Below are positions 30,501-38,659 of a DNA stretch of 64,000 nt, in pieces. Where the stretch lies: positions 248,001-312,000 of IMG/VR virus record IMGVR_UViG_3300040801_002079. One strand, given 5' to 3'. The position numbers and the translations under genes are program-made. The notes beneath the pieces are model-generated. The model was not told the DNA's origin and made no database searches. It worked only from the letters and a program-made list of their open reading frames with translations. The first letter of the stretch is position 1; each line of letters starts with the position of its first letter.

Positions 30501-31800
30501 ATGGGAAAAAATAATCGAATCTATGATAAATCATCCTGTATCTAATAAGGTTGTGGATGTGGATACAACAATTCCTACGCTCAATAGAATTCTATATGAT
30601 GACCTTTATCAAAAAGATACAAAATATGGATTAGGAACTGAACAGGTATTAACTGACGGCGAACTTGCCATACAGACGGTCACATCCATTCTGGATGATC
30701 CAGATAGGGAATTTATCGGCATAAACATCGATGAGTTTAGGCAGAATAATGGGTTTACAACGCAAACGGATATTGTAAACTCAATGTATGAAATTTATAA
30801 TTCATTCTCTGTTGTTGATGTCAATTATATATTTTTCCAAGTTTTACTAGATGCATTCAGCCTTAAGAAGGAATTTAAAGACATATTTAAAACCTCTTGG
30901 GTTGCATTGCAAATTACTCAAAATATTACGTCACCTGAGAATATTGAACTTGATATTGTTGAAGTTGAAGAAGGCGGGGATTGTTCGCTACCCATAAGTA
31001 ATATACCAGATGAAGAGATTTCACCACCTCTCCCATCCGCATCAATGACCCCGACTCCAACGGTTACGCCAACCATGACTCCAACGGTTACGCCCACAAC
31101 TACCGTTACCCCAACCGTTACCCCGACAAATACGGTTACACCAACAAATACTGTAACTCCAACTGTTACTGTTACACCAACACTAAGTGCTACAGTTACG
31201 CCTACTGTAACAGTCACTCCGACAAATACTGTAACTCCAACACAAACTGCTACGGTTACGCCAACTCCAACACAAACTGCTGCGGTTACCCCAACAGTGA
31301 CCCCAACAGTGACTCCCACAATAACCCCAACGGTTACACCGACTCAAACTGTTACACCTACGGTAACGGCTACGCAAACTGTTACACCAACCGTTACACC
31401 AACAAATACGGTTACACCAACTCAAACAGTGACTCCGACTCAGACTGTAACTCCAACAAACACGGTTACACCTACGGTTACACCAACACAAACTGTTACC
31501 CCGACAAATACGGTTACACCTACGGTAACGGCTACGCAAACAGTGACTCCGACCCAAACCGTTACACCTACTGTTACACCGACAAATACGGTTACACCAA
31601 CTCAAACCGTTACACCTACTATTACACCGACTCAAACAGTATCCCCAACGGTTACACCAACTCAAACCGTTACACCTACTGTTACACCGACAAATACGGT
31701 TACACCAACTCAAACCGTTACACCTACTGTTACACCGACAAATACGGTTACACCAACTCAAACCGTTACACCTACAATAACACCTACCCAATCTGGATAA
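21586..31800 (+). CDS. Giant virion structural protein (baseplate wedge gp7-like, 3404 aa) with a C-terminal Thr/Pro mucin-like tail
   Basis: Follows gp6; own late promoter; YQLQP, IDIDKIINYQDYFW, PHLEPW, YKGMIQNKGT, IFKTSW motifs of large jumbo-phage wedge proteins. Confidence 0.7.
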   Translation: MNNSDYKKNRININELLPDLISNTEISKSIQENLFNRFLSKDEYQRVIGVIGTPDPRDPTSFRIPENNEYRENYQLQPVAHAKVGSVDYHLSFHDLMRRLEYLGVNTERFDEWGNSMQFNWVPPIDIDKIINYQDYFWVSENFDDVPQYITVKNLCTWAQARSIQAKKTVISVQQPIDINSINENIIELSGNVVSKYSPGEHLIVYNSNESEYVVVTIKTVDFNLSSSNTDIIVDTRLSSDLNTAARIEFPIIGVISAEKSIILEGDLTNIFAPEYIFSLTKSIGTVTTYHTVSSASYDTLQNQTTVVLKENLEALNWKYASTLPQILMNDEEARSRCNENYTSTLFTQWKDEYIGRLIWSPNKLIIQSSGSGRTELGEDSFYEESLLLVTSGVKRGDVLNILEGKSEGQHEIISVNQNPVTGSVLGVDPSAFFFTEYNVSYQIYREQTTALITRSEDDVPSSPEIYDLWINSDDGNLYQWTGSTWRLVANNIDVLVASLYGRHLLDFNEDDAWAKENKWIHKTQLSTFESATRAQIPIIEYEPYIKKSTTSYSSKEWKYRVDSTNEYFETDASPRMFEIQDIRITESGNEFSFMTDTKILLHEKFGNLVDDIQIGERIEFNDFSENISTKIVKDVEFYRVFPKSRHQTVITLTTPVNDPFDLPVGAHIGPQETSLGDPWIGIDEGHWLFEGVVNIQASSIEPEPNPMLNELFESKYVPKQTGARTLDIQSLDFEDIESLEVIEALETIVQGAYNYETNIGPVWQTFSLPDSIQITAPRFVFDPTLHTLALYEDYQEGDMRVYINGVRQYGNFFDIRSEIYPDFVGGIQFDDDTVITNLDVIRIELGEYAKYEIGKRAVTIPTEAGLEPYNLVDVRAMEQIKTDTNQYIYFNVYDVDTQPKIFANTIFKYNESDEYSVSPYILERVVADPATKTYEFVNELFNHETEELYCYYDAKYVGNELQNLWKRGLNNEQYVPKKIDNTDYWKLPNQMYYNPQHRNRRVVSFQDVYRHFRSIAQSQTTPGIYSNVTNLFHLDDRVNFGLGGTIKEHNDNFDILISTIFLNNVNPIKLYQFAHDQYRLNFKWLEEKFIDSFEMLVSDTQSNTTDTLSATISEYLIDAFETNDKLSQWFGDSSTYNEATDTGIKNWIATTPYFGMNYLYMPYMNIDERYGIYELFHHDGHRRQIELSASLKEQLNKRLLALDIASEQVVNNDLDPFPFSIEGRAVKRGDYLVRTVLQDKTRKVYRRNYNNVWEEFPYEKILAETYLDVEKRLYDNCPSYDELVFDFSTVENDVEYSSTLEKQFVKYGNSRGIDYLYANEIFYTGTDPFTWNYYYTPIPSHPVTGIESSDVAGSWQALYEKVYNTPYPHLEPWKLQGYRDLPDWWLNRYKVTDGTRRWSSEMWDNVLAGRVPTGRTLPDGEISAGARNEVNSYDYVSVNIDNFPTHDGYDSDELLPPYWNSSNSELSTVRSLYDPDANDFIQSPDLDFDWGQNGTQEWKWSASAQRIYDELITAFKLQPLKFTARTYGIEKAEINCLQIDSLTKSPYAVRKTLFHGDIDPDTNSVITINGAGQWYSHYNRSHNFDGESSEYRTLWKDWDIPLSYEFNAFIDTPSFRIENANFDITTKDYSVEVKKTHGIDLKSIFGLRARILSVPSKYAKNRDYGLGWTAEFFNTSPDNNDINVYGTENYDYRVKSDNETLRLFSYPISGADVSRQRGLQVANYNQQALLSDETLYPSTVTPFFADILIDGIKQIELVVRGTEVKTISDLLDSLNLQLGTNATATLEQGNIYIRSDTTGASSSIEITDRGLFTTSHQSYSSLQPPTTEPLEFNRVFTIKGNYTSVFPEKSEVVITDSTNYNGTYTVFGTFYDVPNNETHIHVDEFVTIPDTTVDGFIEPADALTLPEEWVTGTELFLNGNSDAPPPLDNTLPYYIIRLSDREFKLAETEVLAYKGTAISGISDSFINTMIGRLQRTFRALSGQTIDTVWRRHYPDKRVVESHPNLVSISGIQNMIDFVTGYEDYLYDRGFVCKNPDGDNYDLSTGRTNDWQFELEKFISNLYRLRSRRQEEPLEYKVSVNSVDNNITLLDGAYSSWQNGTRVVIVEGDDEAQLPQPFDSTLSNAFPYYIIRSAHDNIFQLAYTHYDAMRGNAIDIIDDGVGDIRLKVFKRLTNAPELEINPLKSSIWVKNDQGVMNDVFHGTNLDVVTSQAVFDNNKREMNSNEIIVFRQDHENKITITNELRNYTIDAKVPINKYMAGMNLYYDGYEHIITFEEYSTDDSLIYDPFLGVSTLNFRIEFNRQNDTTFRPNVGGYTLLDNELLQNLESSVNDVRMMYDTHKTLETKQLTEYVRKSLGFDEKDYMNDISLNPKTQFLFYKGMIQNKGTNFAVDAFTNQTLFETAEIDEFWAYKLGEFGGARELSYPEMILTPDDVVRRELRLEFLLPDEGSLHSSFVPVRITDPERWWDQPDQLQTIKPYDGFWFNIDVLEQIGNSEYNIEYINGNYILDLGKIVNSVILTHYNPESELVEQLQENLHFVYMSNRAIKFIRDADDVPVADLPPDSALKYQDLTVNVVTYHYDAINPAKVIDRDYDLGNYDDTGIDAKAAKVITEVPVWNPAFGQYSHIVDFVTNIKSSEDQANYTNYPDGTSPDLTPWLFDMVGTVWMDNSIEHYVPYYDKTAMPNFDKRIFLWGTLAEWGDIALYEWSQSLLPPEEWDGDGSPRTLIYKNDAADPVNDDPIWVENPDPDVHEDYIAGLVTPTNSTSLTGEIEAYINGEYDQTLTINTPDDFVTYALTLPQEVHVHLMHRGYVPTEDDLSDNLYKYDTPYCKETRYNSDSNEPYDVYYFWVRNRETKREFQNGSVTVVEAEKISKNMDSPYMIIEGLRSNEFGYGIIYGATFDPFEYDVPNRYTHAIIKGLRGTVKGHSRYTLRFTRDFNLRDEIDDDLNLKNVHEEWKLFREKQFSKIDIDLWEKIIESMINHPVSNKVVDVDTTIPTLNRILYDDLYQKDTKYGLGTEQVLTDGELAIQTVTSILDDPDREFIGINIDEFRQNNGFTTQTDIVNSMYEIYNSFSVVDVNYIFFQVLLDAFSLKKEFKDIFKTSWVALQITQNITSPENIELDIVEVEEGGDCSLPISNIPDEEISPPLPSASMTPTPTVTPTMTPTVTPTTTVTPTVTPTNTVTPTNTVTPTVTVTPTLSATVTPTVTVTPTNTVTPTQTATVTPTPTQTAAVTPTVTPTVTPTITPTVTPTQTVTPTVTATQTVTPTVTPTNTVTPTQTVTPTQTVTPTNTVTPTVTPTQTVTPTNTVTPTVTATQTVTPTQTVTPTVTPTNTVTPTQTVTPTITPTQTVSPTVTPTQTVTPTVTPTNTVTPTQTVTPTVTPTNTVTPTQTVTPTITPTQSG
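31045..31797 (+). repeat. Coding tandem repeat (VTPT/VTPTQT/VTPTNT)n, about 250 codons
   Basis: Almost only T, P, V, Q, N, A; near-identical 48-bp units at 31573, 31681 and 31729. Confidence 0.97.
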
Positions 31801-31824
31801 TAAATACACATGAGGTAAGGTATA

Positions 31825-32610
31825 ATGTCTGACACATATTTAAATGAACATTTTAGGGACTTTTATCACGGAGATTACTTTTATAATTATGTCCTACAAT
31901 TCATGGCTATTTTTTCCGGCTTGCAAGTTTCTATAGGTAAAAGTGATTTTGACACCGAACAAGAAACCATATATGTTCCTATACGATATGGAACATCCGA
32001 TAAAACAGTTGAGTGGATAGTTTCTAGTCAAACTGACAATAAACCATTAAGACTGCCTGTTATGGCTGCAAAAATAGAAGCAGTTGAATTAGCACCAGAA
32101 TTAAGAAAGGGGATGCATCAGGAAGCTGCCAATACACACTTGCCCCGAGGGGCATCATTGCCGGATGGGATGAAAGTTATTCGACAAAAGCAGCCAAATC
32201 CATGTAGAATAACATTCAATTTATCAGTCTTTAGTAGCAACAATAAAAATCGGTTTGAAATAATGGAACAAATTCTTAGACTTTTTGATCCAGATATTCA
32301 GATATACACTTCAGACGATTTCAAAGATCATTATAAAATAAGTAAAGTCGAACTAACCAATATATCAATGGAAGAGGAGTATCCCATGGGCACCTCAAAC
32401 CCATTAATTATCGACAATTACCAGTTTATGACAGTGGCATACATTAGAGCACCCATTGACCTCAAAGAATCATTTGTTAAGTCAATTAGACTAAGATTGG
32501 ATGCAATCTCAAGTTTACCAGTATCGGATGCTGTGGTAGAATTAAATAACTTCGGTAATACTGGAGATATTTTATTTGATGTTGATGATATGGACATACC
32601 AAAAAATTAA
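31825..32610 (+). CDS. gp15: Tail terminator / sheath stabiliser (gp15-like)
   Basis: VPIRYG, LRLPVMA, P.P..ITFNLSVF, IMEQILRLFDP; precedes sheath. Confidence 0.8.
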   Translation: MSDTYLNEHFRDFYHGDYFYNYVLQFMAIFSGLQVSIGKSDFDTEQETIYVPIRYGTSDKTVEWIVSSQTDNKPLRLPVMAAKIEAVELAPELRKGMHQEAANTHLPRGASLPDGMKVIRQKQPNPCRITFNLSVFSSNNKNRFEIMEQILRLFDPDIQIYTSDDFKDHYKISKVELTNISMEEEYPMGTSNPLIIDNYQFMTVAYIRAPIDLKESFVKSIRLRLDAISSLPVSDAVVELNNFGNTGDILFDVDDMDIPKN

Positions 32611-32646
32611 TGATAAATAGTGTTATATTGCTAGGAGATTATTAAA

Positions 32647-32874
32647 ATGAGTGATCCAAAAGACTACTTAAGAAAAATGATAGACCACACTATTGATGGG
32701 GATATGGAAAGTGCTGAACAGGCATTCAAAGATTACTTAGTTCCCAAAACTAAAGAAGTAATGGGGATGGGGGCACCGGAGGCTCCAGTAGAAGAACCTG
32801 CACCTGAAGAGCCAGTAGCGGAAGAGCCAGTAGCGGAAGAACCTCCACCTGAAGAACCGCAACCAACTGAATAA
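32647..32874 (+). CDS. Small prohead core protein (gp67-like) with EEP repeats
   Basis: MIDHTIDGDMESAEQAFKDYL resembles gp67 N-terminus; acidic tail encoded by five 15-bp repeats (32791-32865). Confidence 0.5.
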   Translation: MSDPKDYLRKMIDHTIDGDMESAEQAFKDYLVPKTKEVMGMGAPEAPVEEPAPEEPVAEEPVAEEPPPEEPQPTE

Positions 32875-32908
32875 ATAAAGTTTTACACTCCCCTCTTTTG
32901 AGTGTATC

Positions 32909-32933
32909 GGGGGCAGCACTGCCCCCTTTTTTT
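32909..32933 (+). terminator. Rho-independent terminator
   Basis: GGGGGCAG-CA-CTGCCCCC followed by T7. Confidence 0.85.
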
Positions 32934-32963
32934 ACGAAAAACTAAAATATTAATTACACACTT

Positions 32964-32971
32964 CATAAATA
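32964..32971 (+). promoter_or_regulatory. Late promoter for tail sheath
   Basis: CATAAATA about 50 nt before ATG 33021. Confidence 0.75.
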
Positions 32972-33020
32972 GTTACTGAACATATAACTTAATTTTAGGT
33001 ATCTAAAGGAGTGATTAATT

Positions 33021-35168
33021 ATGCCTAGTTTAATAAGCCCTAATGTATCAGTTACGATCATTGATGAGAGCTTTTATATTCCCGGAAGAGCTACTACGGT
33101 TCCTCTTATCTTCATCGCAACTGCTGACAATAAAATGCAATCAGATGGTATTACACCAGCCATTGGTACATATGAATATGGTGTAGTAAGAGAAGTGACT
33201 TCTATTCGCCAGAGTGCTGAGCTTTACGGCGTACCTATATTCAAAGAAAGTGCAAGTGGTGAACCCCATCACGGCGATGCAAGAAATGAATATGGTCTTG
33301 ACGCTCTAAACAAATTCTTGGAAATCGGTAACCGAGCATATGTTGTTCGTGCAAATGTAAATTTGGATGATGATTATGACAGCGTTAAAGCTCTATGGAA
33401 CGGCAAAGTCACCGATTCAGCCGATTACCTAAACCAATTGGTTGGCGATTACATTGAAGAATACAATGTTGAAAATGGATTAATCCCTGCTGATTCAAAC
33501 TATAAAGAAACAGTAACTGCTACAGAGTTAAAGACTCTTGTTACCACAGCGTTTGAAGATACTTTAAATTCATATTCTTTCAGTAGCCGTGAATTTGAAG
33601 AAGGATTCATTCAGGATCACACAATTGATCACCCCGGATATCAGGAAGTACTTTTTGATACAGACCGAGGTTATTTGCAGAACACAGACGTTACGGGTGT
33701 AGAAAATGATAGCACTCTTTACGGAGCAGATGTTGAAGTTGTTTCGGGAGCAGGTACAGTTGTTTACAACCTATATTTCCAAGGCTCAACGATTCAAACA
33801 TTTGGCGCACTTTTAACCCAAATGAATTCAGTATTTGGAACTGAGGCTGTTGCTGAGCTAATTGCTGGCAACATTAGAGTAACCAGCACTCTAGACGGAG
33901 TTACATCATCAGTAGAAATTCTAGCTGATGGACCAAGTGGTTATCTGCCCCTATTTTCAAATCTAAGCCTATTTAAGCAGATCGATGATCCAGTTGCAGG
34001 CAAGGGCGTTAGTCCACTTATTGTCTACAATGATGCATATGACACCGCTGTTGGAACATATGACGGCATGGATGCACTAATAGATTCTTGGGTTTCCGGC
34101 TCACTCGTAGCAGACGAGTTCACTCCAGCCGAAGCTGAAGGTTTAGCTATTGCAGCAGCCTCTGATTATGACAATACTAAAGAGTTCAAAGATTACACCA
34201 CTCTGGGCGCTAATGATGCAGCAAGAAGAGCAGAAATTGTTGAAAGGCTACAGGAAGTCATTAATGACCCATATACTGGAGTCCGAGGTGAAAACTTTGA
34301 ATACAATATTGCAATGGCTCCCGGATACTTTGAAACTACGGATGAGCTTGTAAGATTGTCTCAAGATTTATACGAAGAAGTCTTTGTAATTGCCGATACA
34401 CCGTTTGATAAGCCACCAATTGGTCCGAACAGTATCGCAGTGTGGGCAGCAACCCCAGCAAAGACAAGTTCATATCATGTTGCATACTACTATGCACACG
34501 GTATATCTTCAAACTTGGATGGAGAAGACATTATGACATCAGCAGCATCAACCGCACTACGTGTTTATGCGTACAACGACCTAGTTGGTGAAATGTGGTT
34601 CGCTCCTGCTGGTACTACTCGTGGTACATGTCCTCACCTAACAAGTGTTGGTTATGTCAGTGGAGCACTAGGTGGGCCAACCACTTGGGTGGAGGATCAT
34701 CTTGATGATGGTTCCCGTGATTCACTATACGAAGAGCCTAAGAACATCAATCCAATTGCTTATAAGGCGGGAAGAGGAATCTTGGTTCTTGGACAGAAAA
34801 CTACATCACCCAATACATCAGCTTTGGATCGTGTTAACGTATCCCGCTTGGTTAAGTTTATCAAGAGAGAGTTAAGAAAAACACTGTTCCAGTACCTATT
34901 TGAACCAAATGATAGGTTTACCAGAGCAAATGTTAAGGCTACGACAGATAGCTTCCTAGTAAGCCTGATTGATCGTAGAGGATTGTATGATTTCGCCACT
35001 GTGTGTGATGAAACAAATAACACTCCTGACCGTATTGACAGAAATGAGCTATGGATTGACGTAGCTATCAAGCCTGTCAAGGCAGTTGAGTTCATTTATG
35101 TTCCAATCCGCGTAGTTGCTACCGGTGCAGACATTGGTGGAAGACAGGAATCCGGATTTGACGTATAA
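33021..35168 (+). CDS. gp18: Contractile tail sheath protein
   Basis: LISPNVSVTIIDES, WFAPAG..RG, INPI, GQKT, SALDRVNVSRL, LFEPND, CDETNNTPDRIDRNEL, KPVKAVEFIY. Confidence 0.97.
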   Translation: MPSLISPNVSVTIIDESFYIPGRATTVPLIFIATADNKMQSDGITPAIGTYEYGVVREVTSIRQSAELYGVPIFKESASGEPHHGDARNEYGLDALNKFLEIGNRAYVVRANVNLDDDYDSVKALWNGKVTDSADYLNQLVGDYIEEYNVENGLIPADSNYKETVTATELKTLVTTAFEDTLNSYSFSSREFEEGFIQDHTIDHPGYQEVLFDTDRGYLQNTDVTGVENDSTLYGADVEVVSGAGTVVYNLYFQGSTIQTFGALLTQMNSVFGTEAVAELIAGNIRVTSTLDGVTSSVEILADGPSGYLPLFSNLSLFKQIDDPVAGKGVSPLIVYNDAYDTAVGTYDGMDALIDSWVSGSLVADEFTPAEAEGLAIAAASDYDNTKEFKDYTTLGANDAARRAEIVERLQEVINDPYTGVRGENFEYNIAMAPGYFETTDELVRLSQDLYEEVFVIADTPFDKPPIGPNSIAVWAATPAKTSSYHVAYYYAHGISSNLDGEDIMTSAASTALRVYAYNDLVGEMWFAPAGTTRGTCPHLTSVGYVSGALGGPTTWVEDHLDDGSRDSLYEEPKNINPIAYKAGRGILVLGQKTTSPNTSALDRVNVSRLVKFIKRELRKTLFQYLFEPNDRFTRANVKATTDSFLVSLIDRRGLYDFATVCDETNNTPDRIDRNELWIDVAIKPVKAVEFIYVPIRVVATGADIGGRQESGFDV

Positions 35169-35182
35169 TCAAATCCACATGT

Positions 35183-35215
35183 AAAAAGAAAGCCCCGATT
35201 TTTCGGGGCTTTTTT
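35183..35215. terminator. Bidirectional rho-independent terminator
   Basis: A-tract, AAAGCCCCGA-TTTT-TCGGGGCTTT, T-tract, between convergent genes. Confidence 0.9.
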
Positions 35216-35238
35216 ATAACCTAAATATTATTTTTTAA

Positions 35239-35958
35239 TTAGAGTTTAATAACGTATTCGTAATAATTCTCTAGCCTGTCATCAAATTTCTTTTTATATT
35301 CCTTTTCAAACCGAGTTAAATCAACATCTATAGCTTCGGCTGCAATCTTTTTAAACTTCTTAAAGGTGCTTCCAAAATACTCATCCTTTAACTTATCTAA
35401 GCTGCGAACAAGAATCTGCTTCCTACCTTCATCTGCGGTATTTTCAATTTTCTCTTTGATATCAGCAGACACATCCTTATATTCTTGAATTCTGCGCTTC
35501 ATTGCTTCAATTACAATATTATACAGTTTTTCGAAGTTTTTATCATTATTGATTTCTTTGGCAGATTCGTATTCAGTTTTAAACTCAACCTCATCATTTT
35601 TATAGTTATCAATGAAGCTAACTAATTCATTTTTAATTTTATTATATACTTTCTTGCTGGCAATGAAATCATCAATATCTAAACGATCCGGGTAAGTTGA
35701 TGTGGAAACAACAATGGTGTGACCATCTTTTTGTGTATTCTTGGCGAGACGGACAAACTCTTTATCAGAATTCAATATGGTCATATACAGTTTTGTATAA
35801 GGTGATCGCTTAACCATTATTCCGATATTAAAATCTAAGCGAGAGTCGCTATAATCGATATGCGATTCATCCGCATTATTAATAACCTGATGAAGAACGA
35901 TATCTGCCTCATTCTGCGAATTGTTAATTTTTTCTATTAGAAATTCCCTAAAATTCAT
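35239..35958 (-). CDS. Hypothetical charged protein, probable head-internal protein
   Basis: GGAG RBS, minus-strand GATAAATA at 36028-36035; leader MNFREFLIE resembles T4 capsid-targeting sequence. Confidence 0.6.
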   Translation of the reverse strand: MNFREFLIEKINNSQNEADIVLHQVINNADESHIDYSDSRLDFNIGIMVKRSPYTKLYMTILNSDKEFVRLAKNTQKDGHTIVVSTSTYPDRLDIDDFIASKKVYNKIKNELVSFIDNYKNDEVEFKTEYESAKEINNDKNFEKLYNIVIEAMKRRIQEYKDVSADIKEKIENTADEGRKQILVRSLDKLKDEYFGSTFKKFKKIAAEAIDVDLTRFEKEYKKKFDDRLENYYEYVIKL

Positions 35959-35999
35959 AGTGTACTCCAGCTAAAAATTTAAAAATATTTTTCATTACC

Positions 36000-36007
36000 T
36001 ATAAATA
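36000..36007 (+). promoter_or_regulatory. Late promoter for tail tube
   Basis: TATAAATA, T4 late consensus. Confidence 0.8.
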
Positions 36008-36051
36008 TATGTAACGATTTACTACTGTATTTATCTTAAGGAGTTTTTACA

Positions 36052-36624
36052 ATGGGATTAATTAGCGATTTAGGTGTAGAAGGCGGTGGAATTCACCACC
36101 CACAACACAAAAACAGATGGGCATTAAACTTTCTTGGTCTGCCCGGAGATGCACACGAGCTAAGGTTACAGGCTATTACCGCTGATCGACCTAAATTAGA
36201 ATTTGAAAAGATTCAGCTTGACAGATATAATACACGAGCATACATTGCTGGTAAATATAACTGGCAAACAATCTCTGTGACATTTGAAGCAGACTTGGGT
36301 GGTCTTGTTGTTAGAGCTATTCAGGCTCAGTTAGAGCGTCAGCAGAGCATTATTGGTCCCGGCGCAGCCCCAAGGCTACCAGCAGCCCCTTATGGCGATA
36401 TTTACAAATTTGGTATTCATCTAGATATGCTTGATGGTGAATCATTAGTTCCTATGGAGCGTTGGTTCATTGAAGGATGCTATTTTGAAAACGTTGATTG
36501 GGGCGATTTGGATTATGCGGCAAGCGAAACAGTTAAAGTTGTTACTACAATCAGCTACGACCACGCAAGACAGTTAATTCAGTCTACATACCCATACTCC
36601 AAGGCAACAGGTGGCGCAGCTTAA
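36052..36624 (+). CDS. gp19: Tail tube protein
   Basis: P..KNRW...RPKLEFE...YIAGKYNWQTISVTF...W.IEGC....WGDLDYA...ISYD. Confidence 0.92.
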   Translation: MGLISDLGVEGGGIHHPQHKNRWALNFLGLPGDAHELRLQAITADRPKLEFEKIQLDRYNTRAYIAGKYNWQTISVTFEADLGGLVVRAIQAQLERQQSIIGPGAAPRLPAAPYGDIYKFGIHLDMLDGESLVPMERWFIEGCYFENVDWGDLDYAASETVKVVTTISYDHARQLIQSTYPYSKATGGAA

Positions 36625-36649
36625 TACTCCCGCCTAAAATTGGTATCAG

Positions 36650-36680
36650 AAAATGGCTTCTTAACGGAAGCCATTTTTTT
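36650..36680 (+). terminator. Rho-independent terminator after tail tube
   Basis: AAAATGGCTTC-TTAACG-GAAGCCATTTT plus further Ts. Confidence 0.88.
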
Positions 36681-36692
36681 ATAAATACTTTT

Positions 36693-37238
36693 ATGGCAAA
36701 TTTCATTAAAAGGGCGCAGACCGTACAAGAAGTGGGACTTAAGGATAATTCCAGTATAACCCGTGTGGATATGTATGTTCAGCAATTAAATTCAAAAAAT
36801 TCCAGTAAGGTAATGGAACTTTCTAGAGGTGATTTTGAAAAAAACACTGTAGAAGATAACGCCGCCTTTTTTACATCCGAAGATACAAACCCCCTAATCT
36901 CCGGGCTTAAAGCCTTAGATAGAGCATCGATGGTTATAGTAGGAAAACGGGCATGTAGCACATTTGCATTTTCTGATGATATGGTATGCTCAACTCCATA
37001 CTTTATTAAAAAGGCTGATCTTTCTGAGGCAAAAGATATAATTCTAAGAAACCTAAGTATGCGAGAGCCAGTATTAGCAGGAGTTCCAAAAAAACGACCC
37101 CTCGCTATAGCCTTTGATGAATTAGCAATGCGTATAACAAAAGATGTTAGATCAGGAAATTCAGTCTTTGATAAGTACATCGATGAAGTCATAATGAAAG
37201 GAACTGAAGCAATGAAGGAATGGATTTACAATGGCTAG
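36693..37238 (+). CDS. Hypothetical protein (181 aa)
   Basis: ORF in late cluster, TATAAATA directly upstream, overlaps next gene. Confidence 0.6.
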   Translation: MANFIKRAQTVQEVGLKDNSSITRVDMYVQQLNSKNSSKVMELSRGDFEKNTVEDNAAFFTSEDTNPLISGLKALDRASMVIVGKRACSTFAFSDDMVCSTPYFIKKADLSEAKDIILRNLSMREPVLAGVPKKRPLAIAFDELAMRITKDVRSGNSVFDKYIDEVIMKGTEAMKEWIYNG

Positions 37239-38190
37239 CCGTGAGTCCAGATTTGGAGTAGCTCTCTTTGGTGAGCATAGGCAAATATCAGATGATTTTG
37301 CAGGTATAGATGCTCCAAAGTTAAAATTTAACTTCACAATGAGTATAACATATTCTGATATGTTTTCAGCATATGGCGGAGATGATGATCCATATGAAAT
37401 AACATTCGCCATAAAACAAATAACCCGCCCAGCACCAAACGTCATATATGAAGATGTAAACTTTTATAATTTTATGACAAAGGTTGCAACGAGGGTAGAT
37501 TTTGGTGTCGTGACGGTAACACTATTTGATGATAGGACAAATAAAGCCCATGATTTATTTCAAAAATACATGGAAAGTATAAGTCCTGTGACAAATATAA
37601 CAAAAGAGTCGGCACCCGTTTTACAAAACTATGGACAATCAACCACAGCATTATTGGGTCCAATGGGAGATAATGGTGAGCATGGGCCTATCCATAATAT
37701 AAGGGTTAATCATTTAATTGATCACAATGGATCAAAAGTTATATATGATTTTTTAAATCCCAAAATACAGAATGTTGTATTAGATGAACTTGATATGACA
37801 CAATCTGATGTCAACACTGTTACGTTCACGTTCATTTATGATAGCTATAATGTAACAACAGAGCGGACATCATCTAATGGTTCAACGGAGTCTGTTGAAT
37901 ATTCCGAGGATAGATTATTAAACGGACCCGGAGGAGCAGTGGGTGGATTAGCTTCAAATTCTCCAATACCACTGGAAGATTTACCAAATGAAGGCATGAC
38001 ACAAACTGTATCGATAAGCGAACTGCCCAATACCCCAACATTATTACAACAGATCAGGGATCAAATAAACATAGATGGTATACCATCACAAGTGTTGGTC
38101 GAGCAATTACAGAAGATGGGCGTGGATACTGGAGGATTAGCTGGATCAGCCATAAGGTCCGTAATTAGACAAATAATAGGGAGCGGCTAA
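37231..38190 (+). CDS. Tail tube-like protein (gp19/gp54 paralogue)
   Basis: PKLKFNF, KQITRP, VNFYN, VTVTLFDD, NPKI...DELDM...TFTFIYD. Confidence 0.75.
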   Translation: MASRESRFGVALFGEHRQISDDFAGIDAPKLKFNFTMSITYSDMFSAYGGDDDPYEITFAIKQITRPAPNVIYEDVNFYNFMTKVATRVDFGVVTVTLFDDRTNKAHDLFQKYMESISPVTNITKESAPVLQNYGQSTTALLGPMGDNGEHGPIHNIRVNHLIDHNGSKVIYDFLNPKIQNVVLDELDMTQSDVNTVTFTFIYDSYNVTTERTSSNGSTESVEYSEDRLLNGPGGAVGGLASNSPIPLEDLPNEGMTQTVSISELPNTPTLLQQIRDQINIDGIPSQVLVEQLQKMGVDTGGLAGSAIRSVIRQIIGSG

Positions 38191-38651
38191 TGGGATGGAA
38201 ACAAAAATTATATGAACTTAACAATCCCCAGAAATATATTGGCGATCCTCGCAAGCTAGTCTACAAGTCCTCATGGGAAGAAGAAGCCTTTAAGGTGTGT
38301 GATAATAACCCTAATGTTATAGAATGGGGATACGAAATAGTTGATATACCATACGCTGTTCCGGGGAAAACCAATCCTAATGTTAAAAGAATAAAAAAGT
38401 ATTTTCCAGACCTTTATGTGGTATCAAAAACCTCTGATAATAAAATTAGAAAACAGATGATTGAGATTAAACCCGATAAACAAACAAAGCCGGGAAGATC
38501 AAGAAATCCAAAAACTCGTCTTTATGAAGAGTATGTGTTCACCATAAATCAATTAAAATGGGCCGCAGCAGAAGAATGGTGTAAAGCCCGTGGTATAGAA
38601 TTTGTAGTTGTGACTGAAAAATCGTTATTCGGAAATAGAAGTAAAAGATAA
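38190..38651 (+). CDS. gp4: Head completion nuclease (gp4-like, TnsA/PD-(D/E)xK fold)
   Basis: NPQKYIGD, YKSSWE, CDNNPNVIEWGYE, YFPD, IEIKP, KWAAA, F.VVTE. Confidence 0.92.
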   Translation: MGWKQKLYELNNPQKYIGDPRKLVYKSSWEEEAFKVCDNNPNVIEWGYEIVDIPYAVPGKTNPNVKRIKKYFPDLYVVSKTSDNKIRKQMIEIKPDKQTKPGRSRNPKTRLYEEYVFTINQLKWAAAEEWCKARGIEFVVVTEKSLFGNRSKR

Positions 38652-38659
38652 GTTTTTGT

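Noticed and set aside
31045-31797. CRISPR-like array
   Set aside because: In-frame coding repeats with third-position variation and no unique spacers; no cas genes.
30918-31809. Minus-strand ORFs (VGVT)n and Cys/Arg-rich 208 aa
   Set aside because: Antisense shadows of the VTPT coding repeat; no RBS or promoter.
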